A stretch of DNA of 64,000 nucleotides, taken from IMG/VR virus record IMGVR_UViG_3300042880_001179. One strand, written 5' to 3'. Source of the DNA: an uncultured virus (IMG/VR IMGVR_UViG_3300042880_001179) (lineage: Duplodnaviria > Heunggongvirae > Uroviricota > Caudoviricetes). Of this stretch, positions 19,482-29,382 are shown one piece after another (positions within the stretch are counted from its first letter, which is position 1; the number at the start of each line of letters is the position of its first letter). The notes under the pieces are model-generated. The model saw only the letters and a list, made by a program, of their open reading frames with translations. It ran no database searches and was not told where the DNA came from. The position numbers were made by a program, and so were the translations under genes.

Positions 19482-20418
19482 GCTTTTAATAAACCGCAGC
19501 AATGAAATAACAATACCTCAATTTTTAAATTGTAGAGAAAAAGTATGTGTCTATAGGGCAGTTGGTGGCCTAGGGGACATACTTGCTATGAGAATGATTT
19601 TTGAGGACATGAAGGAGCAATTTCCTAATTTCCACATCACTTGGGCAGTTCCTTATCGGTTTTTTGCTGCTGCTTTGAGACACCCATTCGTAGATGAAGT
19701 AATACATATTGATCACTACAAAAAAATAAATTTTCTCGAAACTTTTGATATTACAACCCCTTGTGGGAGATATGAATCTATACATAAAAATCAAAACCCT
19801 AAAAATAGAAGCGATATATGGGCAAATCATTTTGGTTTACAACTAAGCAAACATAATATGCATATGCCTAGCTATAAAGAATTGTTTCCGCAAGTTGAAT
19901 TAAGATTGAAAAAAATAGGCTGGGATGGTCGTAAAAAACTAGTTGCTTTTGCACCTCGTTCTGCCATGAGTATAAAAAATATGACCCATGAACAATGCAA
20001 AATAATAAAAAACATGACCAAAGACTTCTTTCTTTTTATTTTGCACACTGCACCAATTCTTGAAATAGACGATCTTAAAATACCCGGTCTATACAATTTA
20101 GCAATGAATGAGGCTTTAGCGGCGGTAGAATTATCGGATTACACGATTGCCACCGATACAGGACTTTTGCACGCAGCAGCAGGATACAACAAGCCAGCTT
20201 TGGGCACTTTTGGTTTTGTTGACGGATATGTTTATTGCAAATACTATCCCACAGTAAAAGTTTTGCAAATTCATAAAAATCAAGTTGATAATTGGTGTGG
20301 TCCATGCTGGGATTACCCGAAATGCCCATATGATAAAAATCATTTAGTAAAACCATGCCAAAGCCAAATAGGCGCAAAAATGTTAGAAGAAAATTGGCAT
20401 AGCCTTTTAAATACATAA
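19480..20418 (+). CDS. GT9 (ADP-heptose:LPS heptosyltransferase-like) glycosyltransferase
   Basis: GGLGDIL, HPFVDEVI, DTGLLHAAAG..KP.LG.FG and CGPC..CP..C motifs. Confidence 0.85.
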   Translation: MLLINRSNEITIPQFLNCREKVCVYRAVGGLGDILAMRMIFEDMKEQFPNFHITWAVPYRFFAAALRHPFVDEVIHIDHYKKINFLETFDITTPCGRYESIHKNQNPKNRSDIWANHFGLQLSKHNMHMPSYKELFPQVELRLKKIGWDGRKKLVAFAPRSAMSIKNMTHEQCKIIKNMTKDFFLFILHTAPILEIDDLKIPGLYNLAMNEALAAVELSDYTIATDTGLLHAAAGYNKPALGTFGFVDGYVYCKYYPTVKVLQIHKNQVDNWCGPCWDYPKCPYDKNHLVKPCQSQIGAKMLEENWHSLLNT

Positions 20419-20442
20419 GAGGAGTTTACTTATATATAAAGT

Positions 20443-20679
20443 ATGGCAATTTTAGTTAATCCGAATAATGTCAAGGTTATTTCTCAAAATGGGGAAGTTA
20501 CTTTAGCCTTGCAAATAGATTTAAATATAAATTTAAATTGTGGAGGCGTTGTCAATCAAGGTACAGTCGGAATGTCTAATTCTGGACCTGCACCTATTAA
20601 GAAAACTGACGCTGAGGATGAAGCGGCTTGGTTAGTGCCCGATTTTAACTCTAAGGAAAAGATTAAGTTTGGCAAATGA
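20443..20679 (+). CDS. Hypothetical protein
   Basis: 78-aa ORF directly upstream of the actin-fold gene. Confidence 0.6.
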   Translation: MAILVNPNNVKVISQNGEVTLALQIDLNINLNCGGVVNQGTVGMSNSGPAPIKKTDAEDEAAWLVPDFNSKEKIKFGK

Positions 20680-20726
20680 GAGGCTCATACGTAAACAATG
20701 TTAATAGTAAACAAAGAGGTAAAAAA

Positions 20727-21740
20727 ATGGCCATCGGAGTAGATGTAGGAACTTATACACTAGTTTCTTGCAAAAGGAACGAATCTAATGACTTAGTTTT
20801 CAAGAAAGAAATTAATGCTTTCTTGGAGCTTCCTCTAGAAAATCGCTTTGTTTTTAACATGATGCGACAGGCAGGCGTACCTCTGATTGAAAGAGAAAAG
20901 CTTGCCTATGCTTTAGGCGAAGCAGCTGTAAATATGGCCTATACCCTTCCTACATTAGAATTAAAGCGTCCCATGAAGGATGGTTGTGTAAATCCAAAAG
21001 AAAGAGATGCTTTCCAAATAATGTCCATTATGCTTCATTCTTTGGTTGAGCCAGTAAGCAGAGACGGAGAAACGCTATATTACTGCGTTCCAGCTAATGC
21101 AATTAATCAGGAAACAGACGCAGACTACCATCAAAAAGTTGTAGAAAGCATCTTCAAGAGCTATGAATCAGAAACTGGTTACAAAGTTACTCCCAAGCCA
21201 ATCAATGAAGCCTTGGCAATTGTTTATGCAGAGCTTGGCGCAAAAGCCTTTACAGGCGTGGGTATCTCTTGTGGCGGTGGTATGGTAAACGTTTGCTATG
21301 CTATGTATGGCAATCCTATTTTCCAATTCGCTATTGTCAATAGTGGTGACTGGATTGATAGACAGGCTGCAAAAGCTACTGGTGAATCACCAACCTTTAT
21401 CAATAAAGAAAAAATGAAGGTAGACTTGAGAAAAGATCCTGAAACTTTAATAGAGAGAGCAATCATCACCCAATATCGCTTGATGATTGAAAAGACTATT
21501 CAAGGTATCAAGGAAGGGCTGGCTTCTGCTAAGCAAGCTGTTAAATCGGAACATCCTGTAGATTTCGTGGTTGCTGGCGGCACATCGATGGCCACCGGAT
21601 TCGTTGATATTTTTGCCGAAACATTAAAACAAGCCAATTTGACAATCAAAGTTGGAGATGTAATTCGTCCCCAAGAGCCACTGTACAGCGTTGCCAAGGG
21701 GTGTTTGATAGCGGCTGAAGCGGCGGATGTATCACAATAG
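20727..21740 (+). CDS. Actin-fold ATPase (MreB/ParM/FtsA superfamily)
   Basis: Phosphate-1 IGVDVGT, connect INEALA, phosphate-2 GISCGGG, adenosine VVAGGTS and connect-2 VAKGCL. RBS GAGGT. Confidence 0.85.
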   Translation: MAIGVDVGTYTLVSCKRNESNDLVFKKEINAFLELPLENRFVFNMMRQAGVPLIEREKLAYALGEAAVNMAYTLPTLELKRPMKDGCVNPKERDAFQIMSIMLHSLVEPVSRDGETLYYCVPANAINQETDADYHQKVVESIFKSYESETGYKVTPKPINEALAIVYAELGAKAFTGVGISCGGGMVNVCYAMYGNPIFQFAIVNSGDWIDRQAAKATGESPTFINKEKMKVDLRKDPETLIERAIITQYRLMIEKTIQGIKEGLASAKQAVKSEHPVDFVVAGGTSMATGFVDIFAETLKQANLTIKVGDVIRPQEPLYSVAKGCLIAAEAADVSQ

Positions 21741-21754
21741 AAAGCGAGAAAGTA

Positions 21755-22210
21755 ATGCAAAATTCAAATATTCAAAGACCAGTCCATGATCTGGGCGTGG
21801 CAGCGTTTATCCTCATGCAGGGATTTCCCTTGGCAGGGAGAAAAGAACGCAGTTTCATTTTCAATATACCAAAAGAAAAACTCAAAGAGTTTGAAGACCA
21901 AAAAACAGCATATCTTTTTAGTGAATTTCACTATTTCGATCACTGCCTAATGGGTCTGAAAAAACTTGAAGAATATCCTTTTAGCATCAATAGCAACAAA
22001 TTTGTAACCGATTTAGGCGCAGCAGCATTTTTGTTGATGCATAAATTCAAACTCATGGGAAAAAAGGGAAGAGCATTTTATTTTGAGTGCAATACAAAGG
22101 AAGATGAAAATCAATTTGACGAACTCAATTTGCAATATACTTCTTCCGTATTTCATGATTTTGACAGTAAATTAATGAGCCTTAAAAAAATCGGAGAATT
22201 TAGCCGGTAA
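21755..22210 (+). CDS. Tandem two-repeat small-domain protein (DUF5659-like)
   Basis: Two copies of DLG.AAF.LM..F.L.G.K.R.F.F....F...FD..LM.LKK. Confidence 0.65.
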   Translation: MQNSNIQRPVHDLGVAAFILMQGFPLAGRKERSFIFNIPKEKLKEFEDQKTAYLFSEFHYFDHCLMGLKKLEEYPFSINSNKFVTDLGAAAFLLMHKFKLMGKKGRAFYFECNTKEDENQFDELNLQYTSSVFHDFDSKLMSLKKIGEFSR

Positions 22211-22243
22211 ATCTAGATACAATAGAACCCTACAAGGTGACAT

Positions 22244-23263
22244 ATGGACACTATTGATTTATCAACTTTAAAATCTCAAGTTTGCTTTTCTCCAGCCAGA
22301 TTGCAAAAAATGCAAGCTGATTTGGAGAAGATGCTTAACCGTGCTGTCGAAGATTTAAAAATGCAACTTCGCAGGGCACAGGGCTCTGGAAACAGAAGAG
22401 GTGTTTTTGACACCTTGAAAAACTGGTGGTCTAATATTCGACATGGTTATAAAAATCCACAGAACCCATATTTTCATCAAAATACTTTGGGACACTTGGG
22501 AAGACCTGTAAAAGAAATGTCATTACACGAATACAAATATCTTGTAGAAAAATCGAACAGATTAGAAAATACTATGAGCCTTACAGAAGGCAAGTTGCAA
22601 TTAGATTTGGAATTAGATAACTGGTTGAGTGATATAAAGAATGATATTTCAAATTATTTTTCTGCACAAATTCAAAGAGCAGCAACTAAGACAGCAGCCA
22701 AAAATGCTCCCAAAAAAGTAGCACCTCCTGAAAAATTTCCTTTAGTAGGTGGTGATATTAAAAAAAGTTTTTTTGGTTCTAAAAGTCAGCAACCCGATGA
22801 CTTGCTAGGACTGCCTCCGGAAGATACTTTATTTGATAAAGAAACAACAACTGTTGATGATAAAGATAAGGACGTAACAACCACGGACACATCTGTTGCT
22901 GTTGAACCTGCAGCTACAGGAAATACAGATGCAAGTGTTTCTCCGTCAACGCCAGTATCGCCAGAAGCGCTTCAGGCAACCCAAGATAGGATAATCAATT
23001 TTAAAGGCCCAAAAACAAGAACAGCTGGAGGCAAAGGCAAAGGTAAAAACAACCTTAAACAGAAGATTGATACACCTGTAATTAACCCATTAGAACCTGA
23101 AAAAGCAGAACCAATTATTCCTGCACAACAACAAAAAATAAAAAAGCGTAGGCCCGGCGTTGGAGGCAACTTCTTTGAATCAAATCAAAATTTAAAACTA
23201 AAAGGATTAACCCTTTACGAAAAGACTTTGGTATGTCTTGACAAATTGAGACTCAATTCTTAA
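22244..23263 (+). CDS. Hypothetical low-complexity protein, possibly an internal head protein
   Basis: Lys/Pro/Thr-rich with several L-x-E sites and TAGATA upstream. Confidence 0.55.
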   Translation: MDTIDLSTLKSQVCFSPARLQKMQADLEKMLNRAVEDLKMQLRRAQGSGNRRGVFDTLKNWWSNIRHGYKNPQNPYFHQNTLGHLGRPVKEMSLHEYKYLVEKSNRLENTMSLTEGKLQLDLELDNWLSDIKNDISNYFSAQIQRAATKTAAKNAPKKVAPPEKFPLVGGDIKKSFFGSKSQQPDDLLGLPPEDTLFDKETTTVDDKDKDVTTTDTSVAVEPAATGNTDASVSPSTPVSPEALQATQDRIINFKGPKTRTAGGKGKGKNNLKQKIDTPVINPLEPEKAEPIIPAQQQKIKKRRPGVGGNFFESNQNLKLKGLTLYEKTLVCLDKLRLNS

Positions 23264-23564
23264 GCATTTGTTTTAACATATCTATGTTTTGAGGCAACTG
23301 AACATTGTCTTCCTGCACCTCAGGTTCATCCGGTGTAAACTTTTCTTCAGCTATGCTTATAATGTTTTCATAAAAAATAAAATTCATGCAATTTGTTTCT
23401 AAATGCCTATACCAGATTCCCATTTCATCTATGGCCGTTACACGACCAACAAAATACTGTATTATATCAGTCTCTTCAAATCTTTTACTTGTTGCGGGAA
23501 CTATGAAAGACACAATCCTATCCACAAAATATTGCAATCTTTCTCTTTGTTTTTCAGAAATCAT
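23253..23564 (-). CDS. Hypothetical protein (possible Sm/LSm-like barrel)
   Basis: FVGRVTAIDEMGI...FIFYENIISI pattern. Confidence 0.5.
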   Translation of the reverse strand: MISEKQRERLQYFVDRIVSFIVPATSKRFEETDIIQYFVGRVTAIDEMGIWYRHLETNCMNFIFYENIISIAEEKFTPDEPEVQEDNVQLPQNIDMLKQMLKN

Positions 23565-24544
23565 ATCGTAAATCTCCTTGTATTACTTGATACGTAACCT
23601 TTGATTATTTCTGCACCATATTGTTTGTAAAATTCGTTCCAATCTTTGACTTGTTTAGGCGGTTGCACAATATCAGCCGATGCAAATTGATTATATTGTA
23701 TAATGCGATTATGCATAATACTTAAACTACTTGTGCCAGCCTCATCTGCGTCTAAAGAAACAATCATTTTAAAGCCTGAAAGTATAACAGCTTGTTTCTC
23801 ACTTAAAAATTTACCGCCACACGCACACGCTTTATAGCCACACAAAAACAATGCATACGCATCAAATTCACCTTCACATAAAAATAATGTATCTCCAGCA
23901 TTTGGGTATTTTGGAAAATAGACAACATCTTCCTTGCCTACGCCAATTTCTTTTTCCGGCCCCCTATATCTTAGAGAATTGCCTGTTATTGACCTGCCAT
24001 TAAAATAAACCAGCCTTCCTGCTGCGTCATAATATGGAATAATTACCCTGCCTTCATATTTGCCGCCTGTACATATAAAAAAATCCTTCGTTGGCAGTGA
24101 TCTTTCTTGCAAATATTCTGAAGCTCTTTCGTGCCAGCAAGTAGGAGCAACATTTATAGGATATGTAAAAGGAGGAAGCACCAATTCCTTTTGCTTGAAT
24201 CCCAAATCTAGTTCTTTTTTTGGAGAATTTATGTCAAAAGAAAAGTCGATGTCATCAGGCACTAGTAGCGTTTCTTTTTCACAACCCAAAATATCTAAAG
24301 CTCTGTCTCTGCCGCACTTTTCCAGTTGCATAACTAGATTAAGAAGAGTTCCTTTTTTATCCGTTTTCCAACAATGATAAACACCATATCGGACTTTATT
24401 TCTTCCACCAAATGGATTACACCACAATTTTTTTTTCTTATCATCTGTAAAGATGCTGTTGACACATATTTCATTGCCTCTGACTTCAATAGGGCCAAAA
24501 TGCTTTTCTGCCCAATCAACAAATTTGTCAAAGGCTACAGGCAT
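23561..24544 (-). CDS. DNA primase (T4 gp61/DnaG-like)
   Basis: YHCWK N-terminal remnant, GRVIIPY..LVYFNGR, and TOPRIM EGEFDA and LDAD..G, KDWNE. Confidence 0.9.
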   Translation of the reverse strand: MPVAFDKFVDWAEKHFGPIEVRGNEICVNSIFTDDKKKKLWCNPFGGRNKVRYGVYHCWKTDKKGTLLNLVMQLEKCGRDRALDILGCEKETLLVPDDIDFSFDINSPKKELDLGFKQKELVLPPFTYPINVAPTCWHERASEYLQERSLPTKDFFICTGGKYEGRVIIPYYDAAGRLVYFNGRSITGNSLRYRGPEKEIGVGKEDVVYFPKYPNAGDTLFLCEGEFDAYALFLCGYKACACGGKFLSEKQAVILSGFKMIVSLDADEAGTSSLSIMHNRIIQYNQFASADIVQPPKQVKDWNEFYKQYGAEIIKGYVSSNTRRFTI

Positions 24545-24570
24545 TTTGTTTCCTCCCTATAATTAAATAT

Positions 24571-25341
24571 ATGCACATCGAACATATCAGCGTTAGTAGA
24601 AATAGTTGCTTTGAACAGTGTCAGCAACAATACAAATTCAGGTACCACCTGAAGGTTTTACCAAATAAACCAGAACAAGTCTACTTCACTTATGGCAAAC
24701 TAGTCCATACAGCAGCCGAAATTTACGTAGAAAGCAAAGGTCAAAGACCTATTCATGATATTGTGCTAGATTTAGTTCAGGGAAGAATAGATTTTGATGG
24801 CAGCCAGAATTTGTGCAATCTTGACCAAACGTATTTTAAAAAACTTTATGCTCATACTGCATTTATAGAGAAATTTACAAAGAAAGTTGGATTTGAAGGT
24901 CACATTGAATATGAAATTAAGTATGATCTAGACCCTCCCAACAACAAGTTTTTTCTGGGTTATATTGACAGACTAATCATTAAAAATGATACCGCTATTA
25001 TCATTGATTACAAAACTAGCAAGAATAATAAGTGGCGCAAGAACAAAAAAAGTATAAAAAAAGATTTGCAATTAAATGCCTATGCACTTCATGTTCATGA
25101 ACATTTCAATATAGAACCGGAAAAAATTCAGGCAGCTTTAGTTTACCTTGAAGACCCAGAGGTTGTTAGCACTAATTTTTCAAAACAGGGTCTTATTTCA
25201 ACAAAAGAATTTTTAAAAACCTCATATTATGCTATTGAAAACAGCCCCGAAGACAGAGTAAAAGGCTCTATAGGATTTCACTGCCAACGCTGTGATTACA
25301 GCGATCAATGCCTTTTTTACAACCCAAACCACGGTTTATAA
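24571..25341 (+). CDS. PD-(D/E)XK RecB/AddB/Cas4-like exonuclease
   Basis: G..VH, GYIDRL, IIDYKTS and QL.AY motifs; one N-terminal plus three C-terminal Cys (CQRC..C). Confidence 0.9.
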   Translation: MHIEHISVSRNSCFEQCQQQYKFRYHLKVLPNKPEQVYFTYGKLVHTAAEIYVESKGQRPIHDIVLDLVQGRIDFDGSQNLCNLDQTYFKKLYAHTAFIEKFTKKVGFEGHIEYEIKYDLDPPNNKFFLGYIDRLIIKNDTAIIIDYKTSKNNKWRKNKKSIKKDLQLNAYALHVHEHFNIEPEKIQAALVYLEDPEVVSTNFSKQGLISTKEFLKTSYYAIENSPEDRVKGSIGFHCQRCDYSDQCLFYNPNHGL

Positions 25342-25343
25342 AC

Positions 25344-25817
25344 ATGAAGACAACAGTTTTTGTTTACAACCATTTGATTTATCTAAATGAAAATCAACGT
25401 TACGATTTGTTTGCATGTGTACCCGTGGAAACAACAGGCATTCTTATAAAAGCAAAAATAAACAGCAAAGATTTAGAACCTCAATCTATACAAGAAATTT
25501 TTTGTCGTTATTTAATTGATTGTGATAGTCATGACCAAGGAATAGAAATTAAAAGTGGAATTATTAACATCCATCTTCCTCCTCAAGAAGAAAATTACGA
25601 ATTTCCTATGCCATTTCAACCAGATGGACTTGATAAATACGATCTTTACGACTTGCTGAATCGTACCGAAGGCGGCAGAGAAGAATTGTTTTATACCACT
25701 ATGTCTGAAGATTTTGAGAAGAATGTTAAATCATTTCACAAAATCGAAATCAAAGACGAAAAGGTTTTTGACAATTCTTTGGAATTTATAGATTTTAGCA
25801 ATCCCCAAGTTGCATAG
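25344..25817 (+). CDS. Hypothetical protein
   Basis: ORF immediately after the nuclease stop. Confidence 0.55.
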   Translation: MKTTVFVYNHLIYLNENQRYDLFACVPVETTGILIKAKINSKDLEPQSIQEIFCRYLIDCDSHDQGIEIKSGIINIHLPPQEENYEFPMPFQPDGLDKYDLYDLLNRTEGGREELFYTTMSEDFEKNVKSFHKIEIKDEKVFDNSLEFIDFSNPQVA

Positions 25818-26307
25818 CAAATTTCATGCTTACTTGATTTGAAGGAGAAACAGTCACAGTTGTGCCAAACGCAACTGTGCTAATCAAATATCCTGTTGAA
25901 CCAGAAGAACTCGTACACAAAAACATGTCAGTAGCTGTATAGCTTGAACCAGTTGCTGTAAAGGTAACTGTCGTACTAGTGGCCTTTACGCTTGTAGTAG
26001 AAGTGCCCACTGTTGTAACAGCAAAGTTTGTGCCCCTAGCCAAAGGCTGTCTAACATACCCACCAGTAGTAGGCTCTCCCTGTAGGCTAGTCATGTTTTG
26101 ATTCACAGTAATGGAAGTTCTACTGTCTAGGCCGACATAATATTCGGATGGCGGTGTACTATTGCCAAACATACACGAAAGAATAAGTTCTTGTCCTTGA
26201 TAATGCAAAACATTATTGATGTCTTTTTTTTCAAAAACAACATTACCGTCTAAATCGGTAACTTTTAATTCCAATAATTTTACTAATCCGGGCCAAGGCT
26301 TACTCAT
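25795..26307 (-). CDS. Putative tail/baseplate structural protein
   Basis: N.L...G..L, YYVGL, GEP..GGYVRQ and TVTFTATG motifs typical of phage tail beta-proteins. RBS GAGGGG. Confidence 0.7.
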   Translation of the reverse strand: MSKPWPGLVKLLELKVTDLDGNVVFEKKDINNVLHYQGQELILSCMFGNSTPPSEYYVGLDSRTSITVNQNMTSLQGEPTTGGYVRQPLARGTNFAVTTVGTSTTSVKATSTTVTFTATGSSYTATDMFLCTSSSGSTGYLISTVAFGTTVTVSPSNQVSMKFAMQLGDC

Positions 26308-26358
26308 AAATATCCCCTCAATATATTAGTATTTACTATAAAAGTAATATATATTTTT

Positions 26359-26772
26359 ATGAACTTTAAGGAATGGCTTGCAAAAAATGAAACAGCGGGA
26401 GATAGCTGGGGTGTTCCCACAGCACAACCCGTTGCACGCCTTTACGCTAGATATGGCGGAAGTGCCATCAGTGGTATTATGTTGCCCGACTCTTTGCCAG
26501 TAGATCATATGAGACAGGCAGCAGCAAGAGCGGACTTAGAGAGAAAACTTAAAAAAATACAAACCAAATACAAGAGCAGCGATAATCTTGAAAACATTTA
26601 TCCAGCCATGGAAAAACAATATCAAAAACTAAAATCAAAATTACCAAGGCCTCAAGAGTTCAAGGATGCACCCGACCAATATACAACAGCCGGGTGGGAT
26701 TCAGTTGGCTCTAACGTAGACCAAGATCAAGCAAGTCCAGCTGTATTCAAGGCGCTGCCCATGTACCGTTAA
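26359..26772 (+). CDS. Putative internal head protein (capsid-targeting-like N-terminus)
   Basis: Begins MNFKEWLAKNE. Confidence 0.6.
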   Translation: MNFKEWLAKNETAGDSWGVPTAQPVARLYARYGGSAISGIMLPDSLPVDHMRQAAARADLERKLKKIQTKYKSSDNLENIYPAMEKQYQKLKSKLPRPQEFKDAPDQYTTAGWDSVGSNVDQDQASPAVFKALPMYR

Positions 26773-27081
26773 TCAGTTATCAAACTCATCATCATCGCCG
26801 TCATCATCGTCATTATCAGAATCCAAATCATCTTCCCAATCGTCTTCATCACTCATGTCATCATAGTCGGCGTCATCGTCCTCATCATCGTCATCTTCTT
26901 CCCATTCTTCACCGTCATCATCATCTTCTTGGTCTTCGCCTTCATAACCATATTCTTCGGGATCGTCTGTCCATTCATCTTCCCAAGAATCATCTTCTTC
27001 GGGGTCTTCGTCATCATAGACGGCCCCACCTACCATGACAACTTCTTCATATCGTTCATCAATCATGTCGAAATAATTCAT
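26773..27081 (-). CDS. Hyper-acidic protein
   Basis: More than half of the residues are D/E, with no Lys and one Arg. RBS GAGGG. Confidence 0.7.
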   Translation of the reverse strand: MNYFDMIDERYEEVVMVGGAVYDDEDPEEDDSWEDEWTDDPEEYGYEGEDQEDDDDGEEWEEDDDDEDDDADYDDMSDEDDWEDDLDSDNDDDDGDDDEFDN

Positions 27082-27114
27082 GTTTTTCCCTCAATACAAA
27101 ATATTATATCATGT

Positions 27115-28812
27115 TTAAGTGTAAGGAACAGGATTTGCACTTGCAGACCCGCAGCCATATGGCTGGCTGTAATATCTAGAGCCACCACAACCTGTATTAT
27201 ATTTATTTGTAGAGCAAGTGCTGTATCTAGTGCGACATGGTAAAACCACCTGTTTTTTAGGCAATTCTTCACATGAACAATTGCCATGACTGCAGCATCC
27301 TGTATTATTCTTGCACTTCCAGCATTTACCGAATTCAGGATTGCCGGGAATTAAGCAATTGTTAACAAATCCATTGTCGCCACAGCAGGTAATATGTTTT
27401 CTGATTAGGTTGTTATCTTCATCTTTGTACCATGGCTGAATTTCATTGTCGCCATATAGATCATTGTCTAAGATATAATTTAAAAAGTCTTTTGCGCATT
27501 CACATGCAACATTTGGACCAACAGACATCTGGCACACGACACCGTCTTCCATACATACCATATCATCTAATGGTATGGTCATATTCAATTCCATAAGTTC
27601 GGCCATTTTCTCTGATTGAGCTAAAACATCAGATTCAAATAGAGAAGACACTTTTATCTTTCCATGATTTACGACAACATTTACATTATCAAATTTATTT
27701 TCTCCCAAGTTGACTTTGTCAAATGGAAATACTGCGTCAGAAACTACACTTTGTGCAACAACGACACCGTAGATTTGTCTGTTTTTGAAAATTACTTTCA
27801 TCAAGTTGGCAATTTGAGGGTCTATTGGCTGAGCAATAGCAATCCATGTAGCCGCAAAACTTTGAAAGAAATTAGCAGCACTTGGAGCTTTTCTGTTAGC
27901 TTCAATATAAGTCTTTAAAAGAAATTCTCTTGCTTTAGCCAAGGCATCTTTATTGCTACCGTAATGGTTATAGACAGCCACTAGAATATCATAAAAGGCA
28001 CCTGTCATTACACGGCTAAAACTATGCACTTCTGAGGACAACTGATTATCAGGAGCATTTTTAGGCAACTTTGCAGGGTTGACATAAACAAAACTATTAA
28101 CTGCTTTTCTCAAAGCACCCGGAATGCCTAGCTCTGCACCAAACTGTTCAGCTAAACCTTCTACCAAATTACTCTTCTTTAGGTCGCCTCCGGTTTGTTT
28201 CAAAATATAATCCACCAAAATTGGTTGTGCCAAACTGCTAAAGATGCTAATGCAGTCGCCAAAAGATTCATGAAATGCCCATATTTCAGTATTGGCCATA
28301 TTGAAATATTCTGGCCTCATGGCATCCAACAAAGCATGGCCCAATTCATGACTGACTATGTCGGCGGAAAGACAAGTAAATACTTTCTTACCGCTTTTAC
28401 CGTTGAAATAAAAGAATTTTAAACCTTGACGGTCGTAATAAGCATTTGGCATATCTCCAGCCAAAGGGTCAACATTTAAGTTTTTAACCAAAGCCCATTT
28501 GTCTATATTAGCTGTTCTGTTAATTGCGTTAATGCTATGACACATGACTGCATAGATATTGGCAGCTTGTCCTTGCGGTCTATCAAAAGGACCACCCGCA
28601 TTCATGTAGTGTTTAACACTGAATGGCAGTTTGTAAGTTACCGGATTAACAGCCAACCCCATCAAATCTGGAGTAGATGGATCGTTCAAATAATACTTGA
28701 TTTCCACTTTTTTGCTAGCGTCTAAACTTACATCAGACAAAGCCTCAAATTGTGACTTGTCAAAAAATTTAGAAAATAAACTTTTTACGCTGTTATAAAT
28801 TTTAGTGAACAT
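27115..28812 (-). CDS. Zinc metallopeptidase (M4/M36 gluzincin) with a Cys-rich C-terminal tail
   Basis: NAYYD, HELGH, ESFGD and EVH.FS motifs. ATG at 28812 after GGGGA. Confidence 0.85.
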   Translation of the reverse strand: MFTKIYNSVKSLFSKFFDKSQFEALSDVSLDASKKVEIKYYLNDPSTPDLMGLAVNPVTYKLPFSVKHYMNAGGPFDRPQGQAANIYAVMCHSINAINRTANIDKWALVKNLNVDPLAGDMPNAYYDRQGLKFFYFNGKSGKKVFTCLSADIVSHELGHALLDAMRPEYFNMANTEIWAFHESFGDCISIFSSLAQPILVDYILKQTGGDLKKSNLVEGLAEQFGAELGIPGALRKAVNSFVYVNPAKLPKNAPDNQLSSEVHSFSRVMTGAFYDILVAVYNHYGSNKDALAKAREFLLKTYIEANRKAPSAANFFQSFAATWIAIAQPIDPQIANLMKVIFKNRQIYGVVVAQSVVSDAVFPFDKVNLGENKFDNVNVVVNHGKIKVSSLFESDVLAQSEKMAELMELNMTIPLDDMVCMEDGVVCQMSVGPNVACECAKDFLNYILDNDLYGDNEIQPWYKDEDNNLIRKHITCCGDNGFVNNCLIPGNPEFGKCWKCKNNTGCCSHGNCSCEELPKKQVVLPCRTRYSTCSTNKYNTGCGGSRYYSQPYGCGSASANPVPYT

Positions 28813-28866
28813 AAAAGTCCCCCTTTTATAATATTTATTCTCGTGAGCAAAATAAAAAGGTAATTC

Positions 28867-29382
28867 ATGAACGTAGAAGAAAAAATTAGAGAACAGAGAA
28901 CAAACGAAGCCATTCAAAAAAATTTCATGGGCCAACAAGGCAAGATTTATTTGATAGCTAAATTTCTAGGCAGTCCGATTACCAAACAAACAGATTCAGA
29001 AAGCATGTTACCTTGGGATTATCTACCTGAAGAAAACAATGAAATACTCGTTCTTGGCGAAGATTCAACTTCTTACGATATAGGTTACTTTTTTGATGGC
29101 CTTCAAAGAGGCTTAAATATGGAAATATTTTGTAACGATTATGAAGGAACTATAAAGCTTAAATGGGAAGGCTATACTTACTACGAAGAGGAAAGCAATG
29201 CACTTTTAAGATATTATCCATATCCGCCTTTGGAAAAAATTGTTGATAGTTTGTATGGTGTGGTTGAACAGAAAATACAACATCAATACCAAGAATTACG
29301 CAAGAAGGAAATAAAACAAGCTCCAGAACTTGAAAAGTCGGAGCTTGAAAGATTGAGAGATAAGTGGGGAAATATTATTTAA
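28867..29382 (+). CDS. Hypothetical protein
   Basis: 171-aa ORF with AAGGT upstream. Confidence 0.6.
   Translation: MNVEEKIREQRTNEAIQKNFMGQQGKIYLIAKFLGSPITKQTDSESMLPWDYLPEENNEILVLGEDSTSYDIGYFFDGLQRGLNMEIFCNDYEGTIKLKWEGYTYYEEESNALLRYYPYPPLEKIVDSLYGVVEQKIQHQYQELRKKEIKQAPELEKSELERLRDKWGNII

Noticed and set aside
24571..25341. Cas4-like nuclease as evidence of CRISPR-Cas
   Set aside because: No repeat-spacer array or other cas genes are visible, and solo PD-(D/E)XK nucleases are common in phages.
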